The position numbers were made by a program, and so were the translations under genes. DNA of 64,000 nt from an uncultured Phycisphaerales bacterium (GTDB taxonomy: Bacteria; Planctomycetota; Phycisphaerae; Tepidisphaerales; Tepidisphaeraceae), in assembly GCA_963818385.1 (NCBI GenBank), contig CAWFRU010000004.1, positions 513,911 through 577,910 of the forward strand, given 5' to 3'. The notes under the pieces are model-generated. The model worked only from the letters and a program-made list of their open reading frames with translations, was not told the origin of the DNA and made no database searches. Position 1 is the stretch's first letter. The number at the start of each line of letters is the position of its first letter. Shown one piece after another: positions 30,146-39,767 of the stretch.

Positions 30146-30164
30146 CCGGGTTTTAGTGGGGTGG

Positions 30165-31229
30165 TTATGCGATGGTGATTCCTTGATCTAGATAGACGTC
30201 TTGGATTACGTTCAGGAGTTTTACGCCGTCTTGAATGGGGCGTTGGAAGGCTTTTCTTCCCGAGATCAGGCCCATGCCACCGGCGCGTTTGTTGATGACG
30301 GAGGTGCGGACGGCGTCGGCGAAGTCGTGCTCGCCGGAGGCGCCGCCGGAGTTGATTAATGGGCTGCGGCCCATGTAACAATTTGCGACTTGATAGCGGC
30401 AGAGTTCGATGGGGTGGTCGCCGGGGGTTAGATCGGAATAGACCTTTTTGCTGGTCTTGCCGAATTTTAAGGTGGTGAAGCCGCCGTTATTTTCGGGGAG
30501 TTTTTGTTTGATGATGTCGGCTTGGATGGTGACGCCGAGGTGGTTGGCCTGGCCGGTGAGGTCGGCGGCGAGGTCGAAATTTTTGTCGGGGGTGGAGAAG
30601 GCGGGGTTGCGGAGGTAACACCAGAGGACGGTAACGAGGCCTAGCTCGTGGGCGGCAGCGAAGGCGCGGGAGACTTCCTGGATCTGGCGGTCGGATTCGG
30701 GGGAGCCGAAATAGATGGTTGCGCCGATGGCGACGGCGCCCATGTCGAAGGCCTGTTTGACCTGGGCGAACATGATCTGGTCGAACTTGTTGGGGTAGGA
30801 CAAGAGCTCGTTGTGGTTGAGTTTGACGAGGAAGGGGATTTTATGGGCGTATTTTCGGGAGCAGGAGCCGAGGACGCCGAGGGTTGAGGCGACGGCGTTG
30901 CAGCCACCTTCGACGGCGAGCTTGACGATGTTTTCGGGGTCGAAGTAGATGGGGTTGGGGGAGAAGCTGGCGCCGGCGGTGTGTTCGATTCCCTGATCGA
31001 CGGGGAGGATGGAGACGTAGCCGGTCTTGGCGAGACGGCCGGTGTTCATGATGAGGTGGAAATTTCGGAGGACGTTGGAGGAACGGTCGGTGGAGGCGAG
31101 GATTCGGTCGACGAAGTCGGGGCCGGGGAGGTGGAGGAGATCGCGTTTGAAACCTTTGGCGGTGTAGGAGAGAAGGGAATCGGCGTCGGGGCCGAGGAGA
31201 TCGATTAGTTGACGGTTTGCGGTAGACAT
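30165..31229 (-). CDS. fbaB: class I fructose-bisphosphate aldolase (FbaB/DhnA type)
   Basis: Collinear with E. coli FbaB from memory: [66 protein letters not shown], and [19 protein letters not shown]. Confidence 0.92.
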   Translation of the reverse strand: MSTANRQLIDLLGPDADSLLSYTAKGFKRDLLHLPGPDFVDRILASTDRSSNVLRNFHLIMNTGRLAKTGYVSILPVDQGIEHTAGASFSPNPIYFDPENIVKLAVEGGCNAVASTLGVLGSCSRKYAHKIPFLVKLNHNELLSYPNKFDQIMFAQVKQAFDMGAVAIGATIYFGSPESDRQIQEVSRAFAAAHELGLVTVLWCYLRNPAFSTPDKNFDLAADLTGQANHLGVTIQADIIKQKLPENNGGFTTLKFGKTSKKVYSDLTPGDHPIELCRYQVANCYMGRSPLINSGGASGEHDFADAVRTSVINKRAGGMGLISGRKAFQRPIQDGVKLLNVIQDVYLDQGITIA

Positions 31230-31338
31230 TTGGGAACTCCTTGAAAAGAGGGTGTAGAGTTTATGGATGGGGAAGGAGGTTGCAATGGGGGATGGGGTGG
31301 TGGGTCAATTTGAAATTGGTGGATGGATTGCGGGGGGA

Positions 31339-31357
31339 CCCACGGCGGCGCCGTGGG
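31339..31357 (+). repeat. hairpin repeat family B, copy B5
   Basis: cccacggcg-g-cgccgtggg followed by cgtttcc. Intergenic. Confidence 0.9.
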
Positions 31358-31383
31358 CGTTTCCATTTGTGCGAGGGCGGGGT

Positions 31384-31734
31384 TTATATTTTTTTTACTA
31401 ATAGCTGGGGGAGGATTTGGACGAAGCGGCTGCGGGCTAGGATTTGGTGGAGGCCTGCGGAGCGGGCTTCAGAGATAGTCGTCGCGTCTTCGTGGGAGAC
31501 GAAACCTACGGCGGTGCGGGTGGGGGATTGGGATTGCCAGGCGGCGGCGGCCTGGATTGCGCCGGGGAGGTTGAGGTCTACCAGCATCAGGGTGGAGGTG
31601 GGGTCCGAGAGTTCGAGTGCGGCGGGGTCGCGGATGATTTTTATGGGTGCGCTGGCGGCGCGGGCTTCGGCGGTGATGCGGGAGGAGAACATCAGGTCGC
31701 GGACCAGGGCGAGGATGGGAGGGGGTGGGGTCAT
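31384..31734 (-). CDS. single-domain response-regulator receiver-like protein (atypical)
   Basis: 116 aa. ILALVRD.., MLVDLNLPG (phospho-acceptor Asp context), and VGFVSHED. The conserved Lys position reads ARSRF, so this may be a pseudo-receiver. Confidence 0.4.
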   Translation of the reverse strand: MTPPPPILALVRDLMFSSRITAEARAASAPIKIIRDPAALELSDPTSTLMLVDLNLPGAIQAAAAWQSQSPTRTAVGFVSHEDATTISEARSAGLHQILARSRFVQILPQLLVKKI

Positions 31735-31763
31735 CTTGTGAGTTTAGGCGAACTTTTGAGGAA

Positions 31764-31788
31764 AATGCCGAATGCCAAATGCCGAATG
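31764..31788 (+). repeat. octamer tandem array (aatgccga-type)
   Basis: aatgccgaatgccaaatgccgaatg. Confidence 0.8.
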
Positions 31789-31797
31789 AAGGACGGA

Positions 31798-32922
31798 CTA
31801 CGGGGTATCTTTGGGTTTTTCGTGGGGTTTTACAACGGGGTAAAATTCACCCATGTATTCTGCGGGTTCTTCGGGCGGTTTGGGAATGACCTTGGGGGCT
31901 TCGGTGGTGGGGGTGAGTTTTTTGACTTCGGGGGGGGCGGCGGCGACGGGTGCGGAGATGGGCGTTTCGGTTGGGGCGGCTTTGATGGAGGCGGAGAGGG
32001 ATTCTTCGAGCTCGCGGAGACGGTCCATGTCAGATTGGGTAACCACGGGGGCGGTGGATTTGGCGGTTGCGGGTTCGGAGCTGGGCTTGAAGCGGGCGAG
32101 GTTAAATTCGTCGGGGGTCAGGCGGCCGTAGCCGCCCTTAAGCATGACGGTGAGGAGTGTGGGCCAGATGACGCCGACGAGGAGGAAGGAGGCGATCATC
32201 CAGGCTTCGTAGGTGTACTTGGAGTTTTCCCACCAGCGGTAATGGAAGGAGATGAGGAGAGCGTTATCGCCCTGCTGCTTTTGGAGATATTGGTTGGCGG
32301 CGAGGATGAAATCGGTGACATTGTGCCCGTCGGCGGGGTTCCAGGGGATCCAGTAGGCGCGGCCGGGGGTGATTTTGATTTGGGATGGGCCGTGGGCTTC
32401 GCGGAGGGAGGAGTTGGCGTAGATGATGGAGTGGATGCCGAGGGGCGTGGACTTGTGATAGAAGCGGGCGGCGAGGGAGTCGAGGGTGTCGCCTTTTTTT
32501 CCGATGTAGAGGCTGGTGCCGGGATAAGGCTGGCTGCTCGGACGGGCGTTGGCGCGTGGGGTGGGCTCGTAGGGGAAAGGGGTCCAGCACCATTGGGTTT
32601 GAGTGGAGCCGGAGGGGTGGTCTTTGTCGGGGGCGAGGAGACGGGTGAAGCTGATGAGCTGCATTTTGACGGTGTGATCGCCGACGGGGACGTCCTGGAC
32701 GGGGTGGATGACGAGGCCACTGTACCAGGCCTCGCGGCGGCTGGGGTTGTTGGGGTCGACCCAGGGGCGGAGGAGGAGGCCGGTTTCGAAAGTTACGGTG
32801 GAGACAGATTCGTGATTGACGGAGGTGTCGGCGCCGCCGGAGTTGATGTAGGCGAGGAACGCACCGAGAGCGATGCTGATGAGGGTCCAGTGCCACCATT
32901 TCATGCGTTCTATGAAGCCCAT
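31798..32922 (-). CDS. hypothetical membrane protein with LysM-like segment and Pro/Ala-rich C-terminus
   Basis: 374-aa intact ORF with N-terminal and internal TM helices. GDTLDSLAARFY...IIYANS resembles LysM. No confident family. Confidence 0.5.
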   Translation of the reverse strand: MGFIERMKWWHWTLISIALGAFLAYINSGGADTSVNHESVSTVTFETGLLLRPWVDPNNPSRREAWYSGLVIHPVQDVPVGDHTVKMQLISFTRLLAPDKDHPSGSTQTQWCWTPFPYEPTPRANARPSSQPYPGTSLYIGKKGDTLDSLAARFYHKSTPLGIHSIIYANSSLREAHGPSQIKITPGRAYWIPWNPADGHNVTDFILAANQYLQKQQGDNALLISFHYRWWENSKYTYEAWMIASFLLVGVIWPTLLTVMLKGGYGRLTPDEFNLARFKPSSEPATAKSTAPVVTQSDMDRLRELEESLSASIKAAPTETPISAPVAAAPPEVKKLTPTTEAPKVIPKPPEEPAEYMGEFYPVVKPHEKPKDTP

Positions 32923-32997
32923 ATTTGTGCAGGGTTTTCTTGGGTGATTAGATTAGAGCATTTTGGGGGGTGGGGGACAAGCGTGAGCAACCATTGC

Positions 32998-33030
32998 AAT
33001 GCCGATTGCCGATTGCCAAATGCCGAATGG
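32998..33030 (+). repeat. octamer tandem array feeding into hairpin B6
   Basis: aatgccgattgccgattgccaaatgccgaatgg. Confidence 0.85.
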
Positions 33031-33042
33031 AAATTCAAAAGC

Positions 33043-33061
33043 CCCACGGCGGCGCCGTGGG
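33043..33061 (+). repeat. hairpin repeat family B, copy B6
   Basis: cccacggcggcgccgtggg followed by cgtttcc. Confidence 0.9.
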
Positions 33062-33091
33062 CGTTTCCATTAGTAGATGTCGTCTCATCGC

Positions 33092-34072
33092 TTATTTGTG
33101 ACGTTTGGGGGGGGATTTCTTTCGTTTTTTTTCTAGGTTTCGGATTCGGTCGTTGATTTCGGGGAGTTGGGCTAGGAGGGTGATGGCTTTTCGGCCGTGG
33201 GGGGCGGGGGTTGCGGGGGCTCCGTAGAGGATGACGTTGTCGGGGGCGTTGGTGGCGACGCCGGCGCGGGCGGCGATGGTGACGTGGTTGCCGAGGAGGA
33301 GGTGGCCGGCGATGCCGGCTTGGCCGCCGAGGGTGAGGTGGTGGCCGATTTTGGTGGAGCCGGCGATTCCGGAGAGGGAGACGATGAGGGCATGGTCGCC
33401 GATGGTGGTGCCGTGGCCGATGACGGCGAGGTCGTCGATTTTGGTGCCGGCGCCGATGGTGGTTTTTCCCAATGTGGCGCGCTGGATGGTGGCGTTGGCG
33501 CCGATTTCCACGTCGTTCATGAGTTCTACGATGCCGATCTGGGGGATTTTGTGGTGGATGCCGGCGTGGGTGGCGTAGCCGAAGCCGTCGACGCCGATAA
33601 CGGCGCCGGCGTGTAGGGTGACGCGGTCGTGGAGGATGCAGTCGTCGTAGACGACGGCGTTGGGGTAGAGGAGGCAATCGCGGCCGAGGGTGGCGCGGGG
33701 GCCTACATAGACGCCGGGATAAATTGTGCAGCCTTCGGCGATTTTGGCGGTGGGGTCGATGTGGGCAGCGGGGTGGATTCCTGAATGCGGGTGTTTGCGG
33801 TGGCCGTGGATAAGGACCATGGCTTGCATGAAGGCGAAGTAGGGGTCGTCGCAGCGGAGGAGGGTGACGGATTTCGAGCGGGTGTGTTTGGGGGCGATTA
33901 CCGCGGTGGCTTTGGTGGTGGAGAGGAGCTTTTCGTATTTGGGGTTGGAGAGGAAGGAGAGTTGGCCGGGCTGGGCGTCTTCGAGGGTGGCGATTGAAGT
34001 GATGACCGCCCCACCGTCGCCGACTACGGCGGCGTTGAGCTTTTCGGCTAAGTGGGAAATGGATATTGTCAT
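33092..34072 (-). CDS. lpxD: UDP-3-O-acylglucosamine N-acyltransferase LpxD
   Basis: Starts at MTISISHLAEKLNA (ATG 34072). The ORF-track start at 34186 is an extension translated from repeats. SFLSNPKYEKLL plus a long left-handed beta-helix of hexapeptide repeats. Confidence 0.88.
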   Translation of the reverse strand: MTISISHLAEKLNAAVVGDGGAVITSIATLEDAQPGQLSFLSNPKYEKLLSTTKATAVIAPKHTRSKSVTLLRCDDPYFAFMQAMVLIHGHRKHPHSGIHPAAHIDPTAKIAEGCTIYPGVYVGPRATLGRDCLLYPNAVVYDDCILHDRVTLHAGAVIGVDGFGYATHAGIHHKIPQIGIVELMNDVEIGANATIQRATLGKTTIGAGTKIDDLAVIGHGTTIGDHALIVSLSGIAGSTKIGHHLTLGGQAGIAGHLLLGNHVTIAARAGVATNAPDNVILYGAPATPAPHGRKAITLLAQLPEINDRIRNLEKKRKKSPPKRHK

Positions 34073-34105
34073 TGTTTGAGGGGCATTATTTGGTATCTGG
34101 TAGAG

Positions 34106-34124
34106 AATGCCAAATGCGGAATGG
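34106..34124 (+). repeat. short octamer array feeding into hairpin A3
   Basis: aatgccaaatgcggaatgg, then gaatacggggggatt. Confidence 0.7.
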
Positions 34125-34139
34125 GAATACGGGGGGATT

Positions 34140-34161
34140 CCGCCGGTGGGGACACCGGCGG
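34140..34161 (+). repeat. hairpin repeat family A, copy A3
   Basis: ccgccggtggggacaccggcgg. Confidence 0.9.
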
Positions 34162-34185
34162 CACTTTGAGAAGGAGTAGCGCGCA

Positions 34186-35711
34186 ATGGGTTATTTGCTG
34201 GGAATTGATGTTGGGACTTCGGGGACGAAGACTGTCATTTGTGATGAGAGGGGGAAGGTGATTGCGACGGGGATGGCGGAGCATCCGATTTATTCGCCTA
34301 AGCCGGGGTGGTCGGAGCAGGATCCGGGGGATTGGTGGAAGTCGACCGTGCGGGCGACGCGGGAAGTACGGAAGAAGGCGAAAGTCAGGGAGAAGGAGAT
34401 TTCGGGGATTGGGCTTTCGGGGCAGATGCATGGGAGCGTTTTTCTTGGGGATGGGGTTAAGGCGCTGCGGCCGGCGCTGCTTTGGAATGATCAGAGGACT
34501 TCGCTTGAGTGTGAGGAGATTGAGCGGGCGGCGGGTGGGAGGGAGGGATTGATTGAGATGGTGGCGAATCCTGCGCTCACCGGGTTTACGGCGCCGAAGA
34601 TTTTGTGGGTGAGGAAGAATGAGCCGCGGATTTATGAGAAGACGAAACATATTTTGCTGCCGAAGGATTTTATCCGGTTGCGGATGACGGGGGAGTATGC
34701 GACGGAGGTGAGCGATGCGAGCGGGACGCTGCTGCTGGATGTGGTGAATCGGAAGTGGTCGGATCGGTTGATGGGGTTGTTGGGGATCGATAAGGCGCTG
34801 ATGCCGGAGGTGTTTGAGTCGCCGAAGATTACCGGGTATCTGACGGTTTCGGCGGCGGAGGAGTTGGGGCTGGCGCCGGGGACGGCAGTCGTCGGGGGCG
34901 GCGGGGATCAGGCCGCGGGGGCGGTGGGGAATGGGATCACTTCTACAGGGATTGTGAGCGCGACGCTGGGAACTAGCGGGGTGGTGTTTGCGCATAGCGA
35001 TGAGCCTACTAGGGATCCGAAAGGGCGGGTGCATACGATGTGTCACGCGGTGCCGGGGAAGTGGTGCGTGTTTGGGTGCATGCTGTCGGCGGGTGGATCG
35101 TTTCAGTGGTTTCGGAATAATCTGGCGGAAGCAGAGGTGGCGGTGGCGAAGAAGAAGAAAGTGGATCCGTATGGGTTGTTGATAGAAGAAGCGACCAAGG
35201 CGCCGGCGGGGTGTGAGGGGTTGCAGTTTTTGCCTTATCTCACCGGGGAGAGATGTCCGTATCCGGATCCGCTGCGCGCGGGGGGTGGATTGGGATTACG
35301 GCGCGGACGACGCGGGGGATGATGATTCGAGCGCTATTGGAGGGGGTGACGTATGGGATGAAAGATGGGCTTTCGATTATGCAGGAGATGGGGATACCGG
35401 TTTCGGAGGTGAGGGCGAGCGGGGGCGGGGCGCGGAGCGATTTCTGGCTGCAATTGCAGGCGGATATTTATCGGCAGCCGATCGTGAGCACGAGCGCGGC
35501 GGAGGGTCCGGCGTATGGGGTGGCGATTTTGGCAGGGGTGGGGACGGGGGTTTGGAATAGTGTGGAGGAGGCGGCGAAGGTTTGTGTGAAGAGCGTGAGG
35601 AGGCGGAAGCCGAATAAAAAGTTGGAGGGGGTTTATGGGAGGGGGTATGGGGTTTATGGGAAGTTGTATGGGGATTTGAGGGAGAGGTTTGGGGAGATGG
35701 GGGGCGCGTGA
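34186..35711 (+). CDS. xylB: xylulokinase (FGGY family), one frameshift near 35268
   Basis: [40 protein letters not shown], and [12 protein letters not shown]. The sequence then continues in ORF 35253..35711 as [38 protein letters not shown]. Confidence 0.88.
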
Positions 35712-35867
35712 ATACGCGAAATTCGAAATCCGAAACTCGGAGGCGCGGACGCCTCCGGGGCGTACTCGCCGATTACGGCCCGGAGCCGTCCGCGGCTCCG
35801 ACGAATCAAATTCGAAGTTCGAATGAAGACGCGCCGCGTAAACGCGGCCGCTAAACGTGGGTGGAGA

Positions 35868-36806
35868 TTATCCGACCAGGGCTTTTCCACAGTGTTTTTC
35901 CAGGACTCTTAGGGGGCTGCGGTCGGGGGTTACCATGGCTTTCAGGGGGATGATGTAGGTTTGTTCGGTCATAAACTGGCCGGACATGGCGGCGTGGGGG
36001 ACCTGGTCGGTGTAGACCATCCAGGTGCTTCCCGGCGGGAACTCCATGCGGATTTTGGGCCAGTTGGTTTGGTAGTCGGTGTTTTCTTTGAGGTAGTCGT
36101 GAAAGCGGAGCATGAAGCGGTCGTAGGCGCTGCGGTCTAGGCCTTTGACGCCAACGGCTCGGAAGACGGGGGCGAAGGCTTTGCGGAGTTTTTCACCGGC
36201 GGAGCCGGACTCGCGGGCGAAGGTTGGCAGACCCGCGTCGTCGGCGAAGGTCTTAACGAGCGCGGGGAATTTGTCTGTTGTTTCCCAGACGCGGGGGCGG
36301 GTGGGGTTGATGTTGGTGAAGACGCGGAGGATGCGTCCGCCGTGGGTCGGGCGGCTGGGGAAAGCGTCTACGTGCATGAGGTCGTTGCGTTTGTGGAGGG
36401 GGAGGTCGCGGCCTTTTTCTTCCAGGGGGCGGTAGCTGGCGAAATCCAGGGTCCAGTGAGGGGCGTAGGGGGCCAGGAACTGGGTTAGGAAGCGGGTGAC
36501 TTCTTTGGAGTAGCGGCGCATGATGTCGTGAAGGCGCTGGTTTTCTTCGGGGGTTTCGCAGGCGTCGCCGCGGAGGAGGTCTTGGCTGGGGCGGTAGGAG
36601 ACGTTTTTGTGGACTTTCAGGCCGGATTGTTTTTGGGATAGCAAAAAATCGCGGTCGTCTTTGGAGAAATCGAAGGGGGTGGAGTTGAAGACGACGATGT
36701 CGCCGTCTTCGAGGGCTTCGCAGTATTTTCTTGAGAGTTCGTCAGAGCGGGCAGGGTCGTTCCATCCCTGGGGAAAGGTGTATTCCGTTACTTCGGCTTT
36801 GGGCAT
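35868..36806 (-). CDS. kdoO: Kdo hydroxylase (KdoO-like Fe(II)/2-oxoglutarate dioxygenase)
   Basis: 312-aa intact ORF. The pattern ..KNVSYRP...ASYRPLEEKGRDLPLHKRNDLMHVDAFPSRPTHGGRILRVFTNINP..RVWET matches my recollection of the KdoO family signature (HxD...RILRvFxNxNP). Confidence 0.55.
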   Translation of the reverse strand: MPKAEVTEYTFPQGWNDPARSDELSRKYCEALEDGDIVVFNSTPFDFSKDDRDFLLSQKQSGLKVHKNVSYRPSQDLLRGDACETPEENQRLHDIMRRYSKEVTRFLTQFLAPYAPHWTLDFASYRPLEEKGRDLPLHKRNDLMHVDAFPSRPTHGGRILRVFTNINPTRPRVWETTDKFPALVKTFADDAGLPTFARESGSAGEKLRKAFAPVFRAVGVKGLDRSAYDRFMLRFHDYLKENTDYQTNWPKIRMEFPPGSTWMVYTDQVPHAAMSGQFMTEQTYIIPLKAMVTPDRSPLRVLEKHCGKALVG

Positions 36807-36960
36807 AAATCAGGTCTCCGTGTTAAGCGTCCTTGCTTAAAAACAACTGCCCGGGGCATCCATCCCTCATGAGGCACGCATATTGTATGTGCAAAACCGG
36901 CATATGGGCAAATGTTCAGGGAGGGAGCTTTAGTGGCAGTGGCGCCCTGTTGAGGTTTGG

Positions 36961-37088
36961 AGGAGAGAGATTTTTATCGGTTGTGGTTTGTGTGACGAGG
37001 GAAGGCGGTTGCTCGAATATCACGCGGGTTCCGCAGCGATAACACATGGCTGGCCTGGTGACGTTCGGGACGGCTTTGGGGTGTTGGA
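36961..37088 (+). repeat. R130 repeat copy B, abutted by the IS5 insertion
   Basis: Same core as copies A and C. It ends ..GGGGTGTTGGAC immediately before the TA target duplication of the IS. Confidence 0.8.
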
Positions 37089-37092
37089 CTTA

Positions 37093-37952
37093 GAGCGTGT
37101 TGTGCACTTTACGCCACTCCTGTCATCATGAGCCGACGCAGCATCACGCAGGCGAAGGCGACAAAGTGAAGACCGGCCAGAGTTGTGGCCAACCGTTCGT
37201 AGTCACGAGCCAATCGGCGGAAGCGTCCGAGCCAACCGAACGATCGCTCGACAACCCATCGCCGGGGGAGCAGCACGAAGCCTCGTTTGGCCTGCGGAAG
37301 TTTAACCACCGACAATTCGATGTCGCTTTTCGCCGCGTCGGCAGCGGGTTGTTCGCCGGTGTATCCCTGATCCACAAATGCCAACGCCACCGAATCGCCG
37401 GTGGCTTTCTGCACGTCCCTGGCCAGTTGCTTCACGCGTGAACGATCTTGCTGATCGGCCGATGTCACGTGCAGCGCCAGCAGATGTCCCAGCGTGTCTA
37501 CCGCCATGTGCGTTTTGCTTCCTTTCTTCCGCTTGGCGCCGTCGTAACCGCCGCGTCCGCCGCTCTCGGGCGTGCTCTGCAGCGTGCGACTGTCGAAGAT
37601 CGCCGCCGATGGTTTGGGATCGCGGCCCGACAGCATTCGCAGCAATTCTCGCAGATCATGCGTCATGGCCTCGAACACGCCGGCTTTGATCCAGCGCCGG
37701 GTCTGCTGATAAACGATGTCCCACGGCGGCAGGTCGTTGGGCATCATTCGCCAGGCTTCGCCGGCTCGAACCACGTATCGCAACGCATCGAAGACCTCAC
37801 GTAGCGAATGTTCTCGCTGCGGAGCATCTTCCCGCATCAGCGTCAGATACGGCGCCACAAATGCCCATTCTTCATCCGTCACGTCAGTTGGGTAAGGCTT
37901 CCTTGCCATCCACCCAATATCGCAGATGATGGGGAAAGTTCACAACACGCTC
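37093..37952 (-). mobile_element. IS5-family insertion sequence (860 bp) with TA target-site duplication
   Basis: The terminal inverted repeats gagcgtgttgtgcacttt (37093..37110) and aaagttcacaacacgctc (37935..37952) match at 17 of 18 positions. Each is flanked by TA (37091..37092 and 37953..37954). Confidence 0.85.
37109..37909 (-). CDS. IS5-family DDE transposase
   Basis: 266-aa intact ORF. N-terminus KPYPTDVTDEEWAFVAPYL, ..IFDSRTLQSTPESG..DGAKRKKGSK, VDQGYTG, and RWVVERSFGWL..FRRLARDYER. Confidence 0.88.
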   Translation of the reverse strand: MARKPYPTDVTDEEWAFVAPYLTLMREDAPQREHSLREVFDALRYVVRAGEAWRMMPNDLPPWDIVYQQTRRWIKAGVFEAMTHDLRELLRMLSGRDPKPSAAIFDSRTLQSTPESGGRGGYDGAKRKKGSKTHMAVDTLGHLLALHVTSADQQDRSRVKQLARDVQKATGDSVALAFVDQGYTGEQPAADAAKSDIELSVVKLPQAKRGFVLLPRRWVVERSFGWLGRFRRLARDYERLATTLAGLHFVAFACVMLRRLMMTGVA

Positions 37953-37980
37953 TAGGTAATTCTGGGATTCGAGTATATTT

Positions 37981-38451
37981 GTGGACATGTTGCGGAAGAT
38001 GGCGGCGGCGCTGGTGTGTGTTGCGTGGGGGCTTTGGTTTGGGGGGTTGGGGGCGCTGTTTTTGTTTGTCTCCGATTTGTTTGCTAAGGACCGCCCTACC
38101 GCTTTGGTTGCGGCGCCGGAGATGTTTTTGGTTTGGGAGAGGTATCAATTGATTGTCGCGGCGGCGGGGTTGGTGGGAGCGGTGGGTTGGAGAGTTTTGT
38201 CGGGGTCGGTGAGAGTCAGCGTTATTTTTTCGCTGCTGGCGGTTGCGGCGGTGCCGGCGGCGTTGGGGCCGATTTTTGTTACTTCCAAAATGGAACGGTT
38301 GAGGGAGGAGGGTTTGTCGTCGGGGGAGGAGTTTAAGAAGTTGCATGGGATTTCGATGATGGTCTATTCGGGCGAGGTGCTGGTATTGCTGGGGGCGGGG
38401 GTTGCGTTGCCGTGGGCGATGAGGGAAGGGGAAGAAAAGTTGCGAGAATAG
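37981..38451 (+). CDS. small integral membrane protein (DUF4149-like, 4 TM)
   Basis: 156 aa with four hydrophobic segments. Family assignment is tentative. Confidence 0.45.
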   Translation: MDMLRKMAAALVCVAWGLWFGGLGALFLFVSDLFAKDRPTALVAAPEMFLVWERYQLIVAAAGLVGAVGWRVLSGSVRVSVIFSLLAVAAVPAALGPIFVTSKMERLREEGLSSGEEFKKLHGISMMVYSGEVLVLLGAGVALPWAMREGEEKLRE

Positions 38452-38552
38452 ACCCCCGCCCATCGTGCCGAAACTGGCGGAAGAGGACAGGGAGGGCTCC
38501 CCCGGCGTACCAGGGGAGGGGAAAATACGGGGAAAATAGTTATAGTGTGGGG

Positions 38553-39728
38553 GTGAGCAAACGAGTTGCGATTCTTGGGTCTACGGGGTCGATTGGGTGC
38601 AGCACGCTGGATGTGGTTCGGCATCTGGGGCCCCCCTACCGGGCGGTGGGATTGGGGGCGCATCGGCAGGTGGGGAAGCTGGCCGGGCAATGTAAAGAGT
38701 TCAGCCCGCATTCGGTGGCGATTGTGGATCGGGCGCGGGTGGAGGAGTTGAAGGAATTGCTGGGGGTGGCGGGGCCGCGGATTTATGCGGGGGAGAGCGG
38801 GCTGGTGGATCTGGCGCGGCATGAGGAGGTGGATATTGTTGTCGCGGCCGTGGTCGGGGCGGCGGGGCTGCCGGCGGCGCTGGCGGCGGTGAGGGCGGGG
38901 AAGACATTGGCGCTGGCGAATAAGGAGGCGCTTGTCGTCGCGGGGTCATTGCTGATTCCGGAGGCTCGGAAGCGCGGGGTGAAGTTGCTTCCTGTGGATT
39001 CGGAGCATTCGGCGATATTTCAGGCGATGGCTTGTGGGAGGAGAAGCGAAGTCAAGCGGGTGGTTCTTACGGCTAGCGGGGGTCCGTTTCGAAATGCGCC
39101 TTTGGAGAAGATTCGGAGCGCGACTGTGGAGGACGCGCTGAATCATCCTACTTGGAGGATGGGAAATAAGATTACGATTGATTCGGCGACGATGTTTAAC
39201 AAAGCGCTGGAACTTATTGAGGCTTGCTGGTTGTTTGATCTGAAGCCGGAGCAGGTGCAGATCATGGTGCATCCGGAGTCGGTGATTCATTCGATGGTGG
39301 AGTTTGTGGATGGGTCGGTGATGGCGCAGATGTCACCGCCGGATATGCGGACGCCGATTCAGTATGCGCTGACTTATCCGGATCGTGCGGTGGGATGTTC
39401 GAGACGGATGGATTGGACGAAATGTCATAGTCTGAACCTGGAGCCACCGGATTTTGAGCGGTTTCCGGCTTTGAAGCTGGCGTATAGGGTGGCGGAGGCT
39501 GGAGGGACGGCTGGGGCGGTGTTAAACGCGGCAAATGAGGTAGGAGTTGCGGCCTTTATGGGGGGTCGAATCGCCTTTGGCGAGATTTCGGGTATTGTGG
39601 AACATACAATTTCGACTCATCGTATTCAGGAGCAACCGTCTCTGGACGATTTGCTCGAAGCGGACCGATGGGCGAGAGAGACGGCCGAAAGTTCGATAGC
39701 GGCGAGGGTTTGTGCGCCGTTGGGTTAA
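38553..39728 (+). CDS. dxr: 1-deoxy-D-xylulose 5-phosphate reductoisomerase
   Basis: GTG start at 38553 (VSKRVAILGSTGSIGCSTLDV). The ORF-track start at 38412 is translated from a family C repeat. LANKEALV, DSEHSAIFQ, LTASGGPFR, and NHPTW.MG.KITIDSATM. Confidence 0.9.
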   Translation: MSKRVAILGSTGSIGCSTLDVVRHLGPPYRAVGLGAHRQVGKLAGQCKEFSPHSVAIVDRARVEELKELLGVAGPRIYAGESGLVDLARHEEVDIVVAAVVGAAGLPAALAAVRAGKTLALANKEALVVAGSLLIPEARKRGVKLLPVDSEHSAIFQAMACGRRSEVKRVVLTASGGPFRNAPLEKIRSATVEDALNHPTWRMGNKITIDSATMFNKALELIEACWLFDLKPEQVQIMVHPESVIHSMVEFVDGSVMAQMSPPDMRTPIQYALTYPDRAVGCSRRMDWTKCHSLNLEPPDFERFPALKLAYRVAEAGGTAGAVLNAANEVGVAAFMGGRIAFGEISGIVEHTISTHRIQEQPSLDDLLEADRWARETAESSIAARVCAPLG

Positions 39729-39767
39729 GAAAGCGCCGGGCAAGCCCGGCGGCTACACGGGACATCG

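Larger units (their letters stand above)
29442..30147 (-). mobile_element. REP-RAYT-REP unit
   Basis: A Y1/HUH transposase gene is bracketed by two identical copies of gacctgccgactgaagtcggcaggccgggt, at 29442..29471 and 30122..30151. Confidence 0.7.
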
